From Candidatus Syntropharchaeum caldarium (GTDB taxonomy: Archaea > Halobacteriota > Syntropharchaeia > Syntropharchaeales > Syntropharchaeaceae): a stretch of DNA of 13,967 bases. Within the stretch, counting starts at the first letter, position 1, and each line of letters opens with the position of its first letter. This document shows, piece by piece, positions 1 through 6,482 of the stretch. The position numbers and the translations under genes are program-made. Location of the stretch: contig LYOS01000005.1 of assembly GCA_001766815.1 (NCBI GenBank), forward strand, positions 1 through 13,967, read 5' to 3'. The notes beneath the pieces were generated by a model. The model searched no databases and was not told where the DNA came from. It saw only the letters and a list, made by a program, of their open reading frames with translations.

Positions 1-67
1 TGAGTTCATCCGCGAAGTCGAGCATATCTTCAAAAACCTCAATCCCATGTTCATTCACGCTGAGCAT
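1..67 (-). CDS. 5' end of an unidentified gene running off the left edge (22 codons visible: MLSVNEHGIEVFEDMLDFADEL...)
   Basis: ATG (plus-strand CAT at 65-67) opens a frame on the - strand that stays open to position 1. The residues look protein-like. It is divergent from the FKBP gene. Too short to assign a family. Confidence 0.3.
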   Translation of the reverse strand, partial: MLSVNEHGIEVFEDMLDFADEL

Positions 68-199
68 ACACAAACACCATCGTAATCTCTCTCAAGGAAT
101 GAATATAATACTTTCCATGTGGGAATGGGGAGGTAAGATGTATAGGCGAGATCAGATAACTTTTTATGCCTTAATGAATCACATTTACCTGTGAGAGTC

Positions 200-1066
200 A
201 TGAAACAAAGATTATCTATAGCATTACTACTTTTACTTGCTATCATCCTTGCAACAGGGTGTATCAGCGAGGAGAAGCGTGTTCAGGAAGGAGATAATAT
301 CACAGTGAACTACATTGGAAGGCTTGAGAATGGTACGATATTTGATACATCCTATGAGGACGTGGCACGGGATGCAGGGGTATACACACCAGGAAGAAGT
401 TACCAACCCCTCACGTTTCAGGTTGGCTCAGGCCAGATGATACCCGGGTTTGATAAGGGCGTCATCGGAATGAAGGTCAATGAGACAAAGACGGTTGTGA
501 TCCCACCAGCTGAAGCATACGGCGAGTATGATCCAGCAAAGATAACCGTGCTGCCAAAGGTCATCGAAATCCCGCTTGAGGAGACGTTTAATAGAACTGT
601 AGAGATGTCTGTGGCTCAATTTGAGAGTAACTTTGGAACTGGACATAAAACCGGAGAGCGCCTCTTAATCCCAGGATCTGAGATTCACATAATCGTGGAT
701 AATATCACAGATAACACAGTCACGATCTCGTATGATCTTTCTGTGGGTGATACGTTCCTCTTTGATAATCAGTGGAATGAGACTGTGATTGGGGCAAATG
801 AGACCATGATCACGGTACGACATGATCTTGCAGTGGGTGATAATATAACGCTCCCACGTCAACCATGGAAATCGACTGTTACAGCAATCTCGGATAAGAA
901 TGCGACACTGGAAGCCTCAGAGATTCTTCAACCTGAAATACAGTCACCGCTTGGTACAGCAAGCGTTAGCATGAATGATACAAGCATTTTGATCGATTAC
1001 AATCACCCTCTTGCGGGTAAGACACTTACATTTGAGATCACCGTTGTATCAATTGAGAGGGGATAA
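200..1066 (+). CDS. Secreted/lipid-anchored FKBP-type peptidyl-prolyl cis-trans isomerase (SlyD-like, with an enlarged insert-in-flap region)
   Basis: Tracked ORF 191-1066. I prefer the ATG at 200 (MKQRLSIALLLLLAIILATGC), which gives a K/R n-region, a hydrophobic core and a lipobox-like LATGC. FKBP core: GDNITVNYIGRLENGTIFDTS...LTFQVGSGQMIPGFDKGVIGMKVNETKTVVIPPAEAYGEYD. The closing strand IDYNHPLAGKTLTFEITVVSIE is typical of SlyD/archaeal FKBPs. Confidence 0.9.
   Translation: MKQRLSIALLLLLAIILATGCISEEKRVQEGDNITVNYIGRLENGTIFDTSYEDVARDAGVYTPGRSYQPLTFQVGSGQMIPGFDKGVIGMKVNETKTVVIPPAEAYGEYDPAKITVLPKVIEIPLEETFNRTVEMSVAQFESNFGTGHKTGERLLIPGSEIHIIVDNITDNTVTISYDLSVGDTFLFDNQWNETVIGANETMITVRHDLAVGDNITLPRQPWKSTVTAISDKNATLEASEILQPEIQSPLGTASVSMNDTSILIDYNHPLAGKTLTFEITVVSIERG
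732..842 (+). repeat. In-frame internal duplication inside the FKBP insert (two 21-nt cores, 2 mismatches, 90 nt apart)
   Basis: atgatctttctgtgggtgata (732-752) versus atgatcttgcagtgggtgata (822-842). These encode YDLSVGD and HDLAVGD within about 30-aa units (TVTISYDLSVGDTFLFDNQWNETV / ITVRHDLAVGDNITLPRQPWKSTV). Confidence 0.7.
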
Positions 1067-1070
1067 GTAT

Positions 1071-1358
1071 ATGGCACAGATCCGTCGACTGGTTCTTGAC
1101 GTCTTGAAACCCCATCAGCCCGACGTGATCACGTACGCCCAGGTACTGGGTGACATCCAGGGGGTTGAGGGTACAAATCTGAGTGTTGATGAGGTAGATC
1201 AGGAGACCGAGACTGTAAAAATCACGCTTGAAGGGAAGGATATCAGCTTCAACGATGTCAAAGAGATGATACAGAAACTCGGTGGAACTGTTCACAGTAT
1301 CGATCTTGTGGCAACAGGACAGCGCTTGGTCGAGGATGTCGATACCCTCATGGACTAA
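1071..1358 (+). CDS. DUF211 (COG1888-type) small conserved archaeal protein
   Basis: The tracked ORF starts at 1011, but the ATG at 1071 follows GAGAGGGG (RBS-like) and lies 4 nt after the FKBP stop. MAQIRRLVLDVLKPHQP...VKITLEGKDISFNDVKEMIQKLGGTVHSIDLV matches the DUF211 pattern as I remember it (RRLVLDVLKPH, ferredoxin-like fold family). Confidence 0.75.
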   Translation: MAQIRRLVLDVLKPHQPDVITYAQVLGDIQGVEGTNLSVDEVDQETETVKITLEGKDISFNDVKEMIQKLGGTVHSIDLVATGQRLVEDVDTLMD

Positions 1359-1854
1359 CCAAGGGGGAATTGAGATCATCAGAGGAAGGGTATGGAAATT
1401 CGGGGATAACGTGGACACAGACCAGATCATCCCTGCAGAGTACCTTGTAACAGGTGATCCAGAGGAGCTTGCGAAATACGCCTTCTGCAAGGTGCGGAGT
1501 GATTTTGCAAAGAATGTCAAAAGCGGTGACATCATCGTTGGAGGAGCCAACTTTGGATCTGGATCATCGAGGGAACACGCTCCCCGTGCTCTGCTTGGGG
1601 CAGGTATCTCCTGTGTGATCGCAGCGAGTTTTGCAAGGATATACTTCAGAAACGCAATAAACATCGGACTTCCACCGATCGAGTGTGAGATCGAAGCAGA
1701 AGAGGGAGATATCCTCGAAGTGGATCTGGATAAAGGGTTGATCAGAAACATAACACAGGGCACGTCTTTCACTTTCAAACCACTTCCGGGTTTTCTCCAG
1801 GAGATGCTTGATGCAGGCGGGCTTATCGAATGGTTAAAGTCAAAGCCCAGATAG
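1336..1854 (+). CDS. leuD: 3-isopropylmalate dehydratase / (homo)aconitase small subunit (LeuD/HacB family, LeuD-like)
   Basis: GRVWKFGDNVDTDQIIPAEYL...GDIIVGGANFGSGSSREHAP...GAGISCVIAASFARIYFRNAINIGLPPIEC are hallmark aconitase swivel-domain motifs. The start is uncertain: ATG 1336 overlaps DUF211 by 23 nt, ATG 1282 is less likely, and no canonical start sits just before EIIRGRVWKF. Confidence 0.85.
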   Translation: MSIPSWTNQGGIEIIRGRVWKFGDNVDTDQIIPAEYLVTGDPEELAKYAFCKVRSDFAKNVKSGDIIVGGANFGSGSSREHAPRALLGAGISCVIAASFARIYFRNAINIGLPPIECEIEAEEGDILEVDLDKGLIRNITQGTSFTFKPLPGFLQEMLDAGGLIEWLKSKPR

Positions 1855-2915
1855 CGGAGATTGAACAATACACGCCGGGTAAAACGGTTGAGGATACGGC
1901 ACGTGCGTATGGGTTAGCTCAGGCGAGAATTTTAAAACTCGCATCAAATGAGAACCCGATTGGTCCCTCAAAAGCTGCAATCCGTGCGATTCTGAAAGCA
2001 GCAGGATCCGTAAATATATATCCAGCTGCTGACGCCACCAACCTGAGATCTGCAATTCGATCGCACCTTGGGATAGGTTTTGACGAGGAAAATATTGTCT
2101 GTGGTAACGGCTCAGATGGCGTCCTTGAGGCGCTTGTCCATCTCTTTATCGAAGAAGGGGATGAAGCGCTCATACCAATCCCAACATTCTCATTCTACGA
2201 GCTTGTTCTGAAGATGCATGGTGGAAACCCGGTATTTATTGAGCGAGATCGTAATTTCGGATTCACAGCGGACGATCTCCTCGAAAAAGCAACAGATCGC
2301 ACAAAGATCGTCTTTATCGCATCACCAAACAATCCCACTGGAAACTCAATCGATGAGGAGACACTTCGAGAGATAGTTGAAAACATGGATGCATTGATTG
2401 TCGTGGATGAGGCGTACATCGAGTTCTCATCAAAGCCGTCATTCAATGAGCTTGTGCTTGAGTACGATAACTTAGCCGTAACGCATACATTCTCGAAGGC
2501 TTATGGACTTGCTGGTATGCGGGTTGGATATGGCGTGATTCCTCGCTGGCTCTTCGGGTATTACATGCGCGCAACCCCACCATTTGCGGTGAATTCGCTT
2601 GCTGAAATGGCTGCGATCGCTGCCCTTGAAGATCACAGGCACCTGGATGATACGGTAAAAATGATTGAAGATGGTATCAAATATTTCGAAGAGTCGGTGC
2701 CTTTCAAGGTGTTTCCCAGTGATGCTAATTTTGTGCTGGTTGATGTCTCGCCTTTCAAATCAACAGAGGTTACAGAAGCCCTCATGAAACAGGGTATAAT
2801 CGTTCGGGATTGTTCAGGTTTTAAAGGGATGGGGGATTCTTTTATCAGGATCACGGTTGGAAGAGCAGAGGATAACAGAAGGGTTGTTGAGGCGTTGAAT
2901 GGATACATTCCGTAA
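1830..2915 (+). CDS. hisC: Histidinol-phosphate aminotransferase (class II PLP aminotransferase)
   Basis: IEQYTPGK, LASNENPIGPS, GNGSDGVLE, ASPNNPTGN, VVDEAYIEF, and the PLP-lysine motif FSKAYGLAGMRVGY. It overlaps the leuD-like stop by 25 nt, which suggests translational coupling. Confidence 0.92.
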   Translation: MVKVKAQIAEIEQYTPGKTVEDTARAYGLAQARILKLASNENPIGPSKAAIRAILKAAGSVNIYPAADATNLRSAIRSHLGIGFDEENIVCGNGSDGVLEALVHLFIEEGDEALIPIPTFSFYELVLKMHGGNPVFIERDRNFGFTADDLLEKATDRTKIVFIASPNNPTGNSIDEETLREIVENMDALIVVDEAYIEFSSKPSFNELVLEYDNLAVTHTFSKAYGLAGMRVGYGVIPRWLFGYYMRATPPFAVNSLAEMAAIAALEDHRHLDDTVKMIEDGIKYFEESVPFKVFPSDANFVLVDVSPFKSTEVTEALMKQGIIVRDCSGFKGMGDSFIRITVGRAEDNRRVVEALNGYIP

Positions 2916-2972
2916 AACTAATCCAAGCCGTAAGCTATTAATTCATCCAGAAAGATATAATGTCGGTTAAAG

Positions 2973-3503
2973 ATGGAAGATACATTATCAAGTGAGATCA
3001 TCTTTGATGGTAGAATCCTGCGATTGAGGCATGATCGGGTGCGCCTACCCTCGGGGAGAGAAGCATCACGAGAGATTGTTGAGCATGTAGGTGCCGTTGC
3101 AGGGGTTGTGTTACTTGAAAATAATAGTGTAGTACTCATTCGTCAGTTCAGAAAACCTGTGGAGCGGGAGCTGCTTGAACTTCCTGCAGGTTTGATTGAG
3201 GAAGGAGAATCCCCCGAGGATGCGATTCTTCGCGAGATAAAAGAAGAGACCGGTTTCTGTGCCGGCCGTCTTTCTAAGTTGCTAAGTTTCTATATTGGAC
3301 CGGGATTCACGGATGCAGAGATCCACCTGTTTCTGGCATCAGATCTCACGAAGGAGGAGCCATCACCAGACGAGGATGAGATGCTTGAGGTTGTAATACT
3401 CGACCTCGATGATGCAATCGCTGCTATCGGATCAGAGATTGTTGACGCCAAGACGATAATCGGGCTTTTGCTAACAGGAGCGTTGAATGAAAGGGCTGCA
3501 TGA
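2973..3503 (+). CDS. Nudix hydrolase, ADP-ribose pyrophosphatase-like
   Basis: Complete Nudix box GLIEEGESPEDAILREIKEETGF (GX5EX7REUXEEXGU). The N-terminal FDGRILRLRHDRVRLPSGREASREIVEH is typical of NudF/ADPRase-type proteins. Confidence 0.88.
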   Translation: MEDTLSSEIIFDGRILRLRHDRVRLPSGREASREIVEHVGAVAGVVLLENNSVVLIRQFRKPVERELLELPAGLIEEGESPEDAILREIKEETGFCAGRLSKLLSFYIGPGFTDAEIHLFLASDLTKEEPSPDEDEMLEVVILDLDDAIAAIGSEIVDAKTIIGLLLTGALNERAA

Positions 3504-4071
3504 TCGTCTCAAAGATTATTTTGAACTAACTGGAGTATCAGAGATTGCAAGACGTTACTTTGTGATGAATGCATTTGACGGTGTTCTCACGATGCTCGGT
3601 GTCATAATTGGGGCATACATGGCAGGAAACGTCGACCGATCGATCATTCTTGGTTCAGGAATAAGTGTGTGTATTGCAATGGGTTTATCAGGTTTCAGCG
3701 GGGCTTACATGACAGAACAGGCAGAACGAACACGAGAGATGAAGAAGCTCGAGAGCGCACTTCTCATCGACCTCAACGGGACACATCATGACCGCGCAAA
3801 TCGTTTTGCAGTGATATTTGTCTCGATGATCGATGGTCTGAGTCCTGCTGTTGGGGCAATAATTGTCGTAGCGCCGTTCTTCTTTGGTTCGATGATAACC
3901 CATGAGGTGGCAGTTTACGCCTCGATAATCCTTGCGCTTCTCACCCTGTTTCTGCTTGGCGCGTATCTTGCACACATCTCTGATGAACGGCTGATCCTGC
4001 ATGGTACAAAGATGCTCGTAATTGGGATCATCACGATCATCACATGCACTGTGGTGATCAGTCTGATCTGA
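3487..4071 (+). CDS. VIT1/CCC1-like (DUF125, COG1814) integral membrane protein, putative Fe/Mn transporter family
   Basis: ARRYFVMNAFDGVLTMLGVIIG is followed by an amphipathic charged linker (EQAERTREMKKLESAL) and further TM segments. This is the archaeal short VIT-family architecture. It overlaps the Nudix gene by 17 nt. Confidence 0.7.
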   Translation: MKGLHDRLKDYFELTGVSEIARRYFVMNAFDGVLTMLGVIIGAYMAGNVDRSIILGSGISVCIAMGLSGFSGAYMTEQAERTREMKKLESALLIDLNGTHHDRANRFAVIFVSMIDGLSPAVGAIIVVAPFFFGSMITHEVAVYASIILALLTLFLLGAYLAHISDERLILHGTKMLVIGIITIITCTVVISLI

Positions 4072-4112
4072 GCATCCAAAAATCTTATCATCATTGCTAT
4101 CAATCTTGAACC

Positions 4113-4574
4113 ATGCCGAGTCCGATGGAAGTATATCAACTTCTTCCGATGACAAACTGCAAGAAGTGCGGTGAGTCAACCTGTATGGCGTTTGCCGTGA
4201 AGCTGATAAGTGGCGAGAAGGAGCTTGAGTTATGCACACCACTATTTGAGGAGGATAAGTACAAGGATAAGCTTGAAAAGCTCCAGGAGATGTTTGCAAC
4301 CGTTGAAGGCGCGACAGAGACTGGACTTTTGATCGATACCAATAAATGCACAGGCTGTGGTAACTGTGTCGTTGCATGTCCTGTAAACGTTGCAAACGAT
4401 CCGCATGGAGCTGCGATAGGCAGAGGTCCAACGAATGATAAGGTGATTCTTAAGGTCAAGGATGGAGTGGTTGTATCGTCGAACGTCCATGAGTGCAGGC
4501 GGTTTGGGAAGAACCGTATCCAGTGCGATCTCTGCATCGTGACATGTCCCTCTGGTGCGATTGAGTTTGTGTGA
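4113..4574 (+). CDS. FwdG-like 2x[4Fe-4S] ferredoxin fused to an N-terminal CdhE/AcsC/RnfB-type Fe-S domain
   Basis: The N-terminus YQLLPMTNCKKCGESTCMAFAVKLISGEKELELC matches the LLPxTNCxxCGxxTCMAFA motif of the CODH/ACS gamma-subunit N-terminal Fe-S domain. The C-terminus has CTGCGNCVVACPVN...GRGPTNDKVILKVKDGVV...C-x10-CDLCIVTCPSGAIEF, which resembles FwdG. It lies directly upstream of the fwdB/D-like genes. Confidence 0.75.
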   Translation: MPSPMEVYQLLPMTNCKKCGESTCMAFAVKLISGEKELELCTPLFEEDKYKDKLEKLQEMFATVEGATETGLLIDTNKCTGCGNCVVACPVNVANDPHGAAIGRGPTNDKVILKVKDGVVVSSNVHECRRFGKNRIQCDLCIVTCPSGAIEFV

Positions 4575-4593
4575 TACAGATCGTTAGACGGAG

Positions 4594-5784
4594 ATGAAAG
4601 AGATGAATAACTCCAAAGACAATTCCAATTTGTTGACAACAACTTGTCCGGGCTGTTCATGCCTGTGTGATGATATAGAGGTATCAGTCGAGGATTCAAA
4701 GATAAAAGGTGTCAGTAATGCGTGCAGGAAGGGTGCATCACTATTCCTGAATGCAAACTCTGCTCCATGCGATATCGAGACAGCGATTGATGGTGCGATC
4801 AGGATCTTAAAAGAAGCCAGAAACCCCGCGATCTTCGGTCTTGATAATACAACACTTGAAGCACAGCATGTGGCAATCAAACTTGCCAGGAAACTTGATT
4901 GCATGATCGAGGACTACTCACAAATCAGATATGGCAACCTCTTTGAACTGCTGCGCTCATCAAAGATTCCAACATGCACACTCGATGAGGTTAGAGATCG
5001 GGCTGATATAAGCATCTTCTGGGGATCTGATGCGATGAACGCTCAGCCAAGACATCTATCGAGGTTTTCATACTTTCCCCGTGGCGAGCACAAACAGAAA
5101 GGATGGGAGTTTGATAGACATGCTGTCACGATCGATCTATACCGATCTTCAACTGCAAAGGTCACAAAAGAGTATCTGAAGGTTGAACCAGGCAACGATG
5201 CACTTTTGATGAATGAGATAATGGATGTACTGAGCCAGAAACCACCCCGATCGAAGGATGTCCTGCACTTTGTTAACGAGATCAGGAAGGCGGCGTTTGG
5301 AGTGATATTTGCAGGAACAGGGCTAATTCAGGGATTGAATCGAGAGCTTGGTGAGCTTGTCGAGTTTATGCAAAAGCTCAACGAATATGGCGAGTTCCGT
5401 CTCATACCGATGGTTGTGGGTTATAATATGCGAGGGTTTGTTGAAACTGCTGGAAACAGTAATCTGGAGGTGAAAGGGTTATTCCAGCAAGCACTTCTTG
5501 ATGATAAGATCGATGCAGCTCTGATCGTTGGGGCTGACCCCCTGAGTGATCTACCGTATCCCGTTTCAGGGAAACTACGTGATATAAAGACGATTGTAAT
5601 CGATCCACGCGTGACACCCACAACCGAGATAGCAGATGTTGTGATTCATGGTGCAACCCCAGCCATCGATGCAGGCGGGCATGCGATGCGGATGGATGGG
5701 GTGGAGTTTGAGTTTGCGCCCTGCATTAATGGAGAACTTCCATCAGATGAGATGATTCTTGAAATGATACTGGAGGGATTGTGA
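4594..5784 (+). CDS. fwdB: Formylmethanofuran dehydrogenase subunit B-like molybdopterin oxidoreductase (atypical: the conserved Cys-His ligand segment appears replaced)
   Basis: N-terminal Fe-S motif CPGCSCLCDDIEV...NACRKG. Conserved block IPTCTLDEVRDRADISIFWGSDAMNAQPRHLSRFSYFPRG, then IPMVVGYNMRGF, ALIVGADPLS and IDPRVTPTTEIADVVI. RBS-like GACGGAG upstream. See the findings for residues 108-115. Confidence 0.85.
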   Translation: MKEMNNSKDNSNLLTTTCPGCSCLCDDIEVSVEDSKIKGVSNACRKGASLFLNANSAPCDIETAIDGAIRILKEARNPAIFGLDNTTLEAQHVAIKLARKLDCMIEDYSQIRYGNLFELLRSSKIPTCTLDEVRDRADISIFWGSDAMNAQPRHLSRFSYFPRGEHKQKGWEFDRHAVTIDLYRSSTAKVTKEYLKVEPGNDALLMNEIMDVLSQKPPRSKDVLHFVNEIRKAAFGVIFAGTGLIQGLNRELGELVEFMQKLNEYGEFRLIPMVVGYNMRGFVETAGNSNLEVKGLFQQALLDDKIDAALIVGADPLSDLPYPVSGKLRDIKTIVIDPRVTPTTEIADVVIHGATPAIDAGGHAMRMDGVEFEFAPCINGELPSDEMILEMILEGL

Positions 5785-6155
5785 TGGGAATACATGATCT
5801 CTTAGAGGCGCCTGAGTATCAGATAAGGATCGTGATTGTGCCTGATATCTTCCAGTCGAGCGCAGGGTACAGGGGTAAGCTATCAGAAGAATATCAGGAT
5901 CTCTCTGCGGTTGTATATCTCGATCAGAACGATATGAAGCACTGGGGCATCAAGGATGGCGAAAAAGTTACCCTCTCCAGTGCCAATGAAAAGATCGTGG
6001 TTATTGCAAGAGAGAGCGATGAAGAACATCCCGGTATCGGACTTATGCCACCGAGTGTGTATTCGATGCGAATCCTTTCAAATCTCGAAACCTCTCTTAC
6101 AAAGATTAAGAAGGGCGATGGGAATGTCAGTGCTCTGGCTGAGCTTTTAACTTAG
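5784..6155 (+). CDS. fwdD: Formylmethanofuran dehydrogenase subunit D-like (molybdopterin-dinucleotide-binding beta-barrel domain protein)
   Basis: About 123 aa, directly coupled to the fwdB-like gene (TGATG overlap, GGAGGG RBS at 5773-5778). DQNDMKHWGIKDGEKVTLSSANEKIVVIAR fits the FwdD/MopB C-terminal-domain pattern (N..DM..LGI..GD.V.V.S..G.VVV.A). The tracked ORF starts at GTG 5781, but the ATG at 5784 is preferred. Confidence 0.75.
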   Translation: MGIHDLLEAPEYQIRIVIVPDIFQSSAGYRGKLSEEYQDLSAVVYLDQNDMKHWGIKDGEKVTLSSANEKIVVIARESDEEHPGIGLMPPSVYSMRILSNLETSLTKIKKGDGNVSALAELLT

Positions 6156-6158
6156 GTG

Positions 6159-6482
6159 CTACCGTTTTACACCTTTGAGCGTGCCCGAGACTCTCACAAC
6201 TCTTGTGGCTGATGGAGCACCCCTGATATTGTTTATTGTGGCAAGAACCGCCCTCACATCGTCCACTCGCTCGCGGGCGCACCTTACAACCCCATGCCCC
6301 GTAGATTCATCAAACTCGATGAACTGGAGATTTATCAGGCTCATACCATAATCCCCAAAGAGAGAGGTTCCAGCAGAGTGGATCGCATCGATTATATCAC
6401 GCCGTGTGAGCCTGCGATCAGACTCGATCTTGAACTTCAGGTATCTTCGCTTAACCCTCATCGAGGATGGTAATACTTTCAC
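6159..6482 (-). CDS. rnp2: Ribonuclease P protein component 2 (Pop5/Rnp2)
   Basis: MKVLPSSMRVKRRYLKFKIES...GVVRCARERVDDVRAVLATI...VSGTLKG matches the archaeal Pop5 pattern (LPxxxRxKxRYxxFxI ... RC.R ... SGT). Its length of 107 aa is typical. Confidence 0.88.
   Translation of the reverse strand: MKVLPSSMRVKRRYLKFKIESDRRLTRRDIIDAIHSAGTSLFGDYGMSLINLQFIEFDESTGHGVVRCARERVDDVRAVLATINNIRGAPSATRVVRVSGTLKGVKR

Noticed and set aside
1011-1070. Upstream extension of the DUF211 ORF (tracked start at 1011)
   Set aside because: The extension overlaps the 3' end of the FKBP gene and encodes a non-conserved, basic-residue-rich peptide. The ATG at 1071 has an RBS-like GAGAGGGG and starts exactly at the conserved MAQIRRLVLDVLKPH N-terminus.
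1038-1868. 276-aa ORF on the - strand, antisense to the DUF211 and leuD-like genes
   Set aside because: It lies fully opposite two genes with strong family motifs. Its Ser/Pro/Leu-rich low-complexity translation is typical of an antisense shadow frame, and it has no recognisable motif.
3688-4699. Long - strand ORFs (3688-4431, 4136-4699, 4242-4490), antisense to the VIT-like, fwdG-like and fwdB-like genes
   Set aside because: These are shadow ORFs opposite well-supported + strand genes. Their translations are Cys/His/Ser/Arg-rich with no domain signature.
4594-5784. Possible selenocysteine (in-frame TGA) or pyrrolysine (TAG) recoding in the fwdB-like gene
   Set aside because: The ORF is uninterrupted from start to stop, and the ligand-equivalent codons are AGA-TAT (Arg-Tyr). 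There is no sign of recoding.
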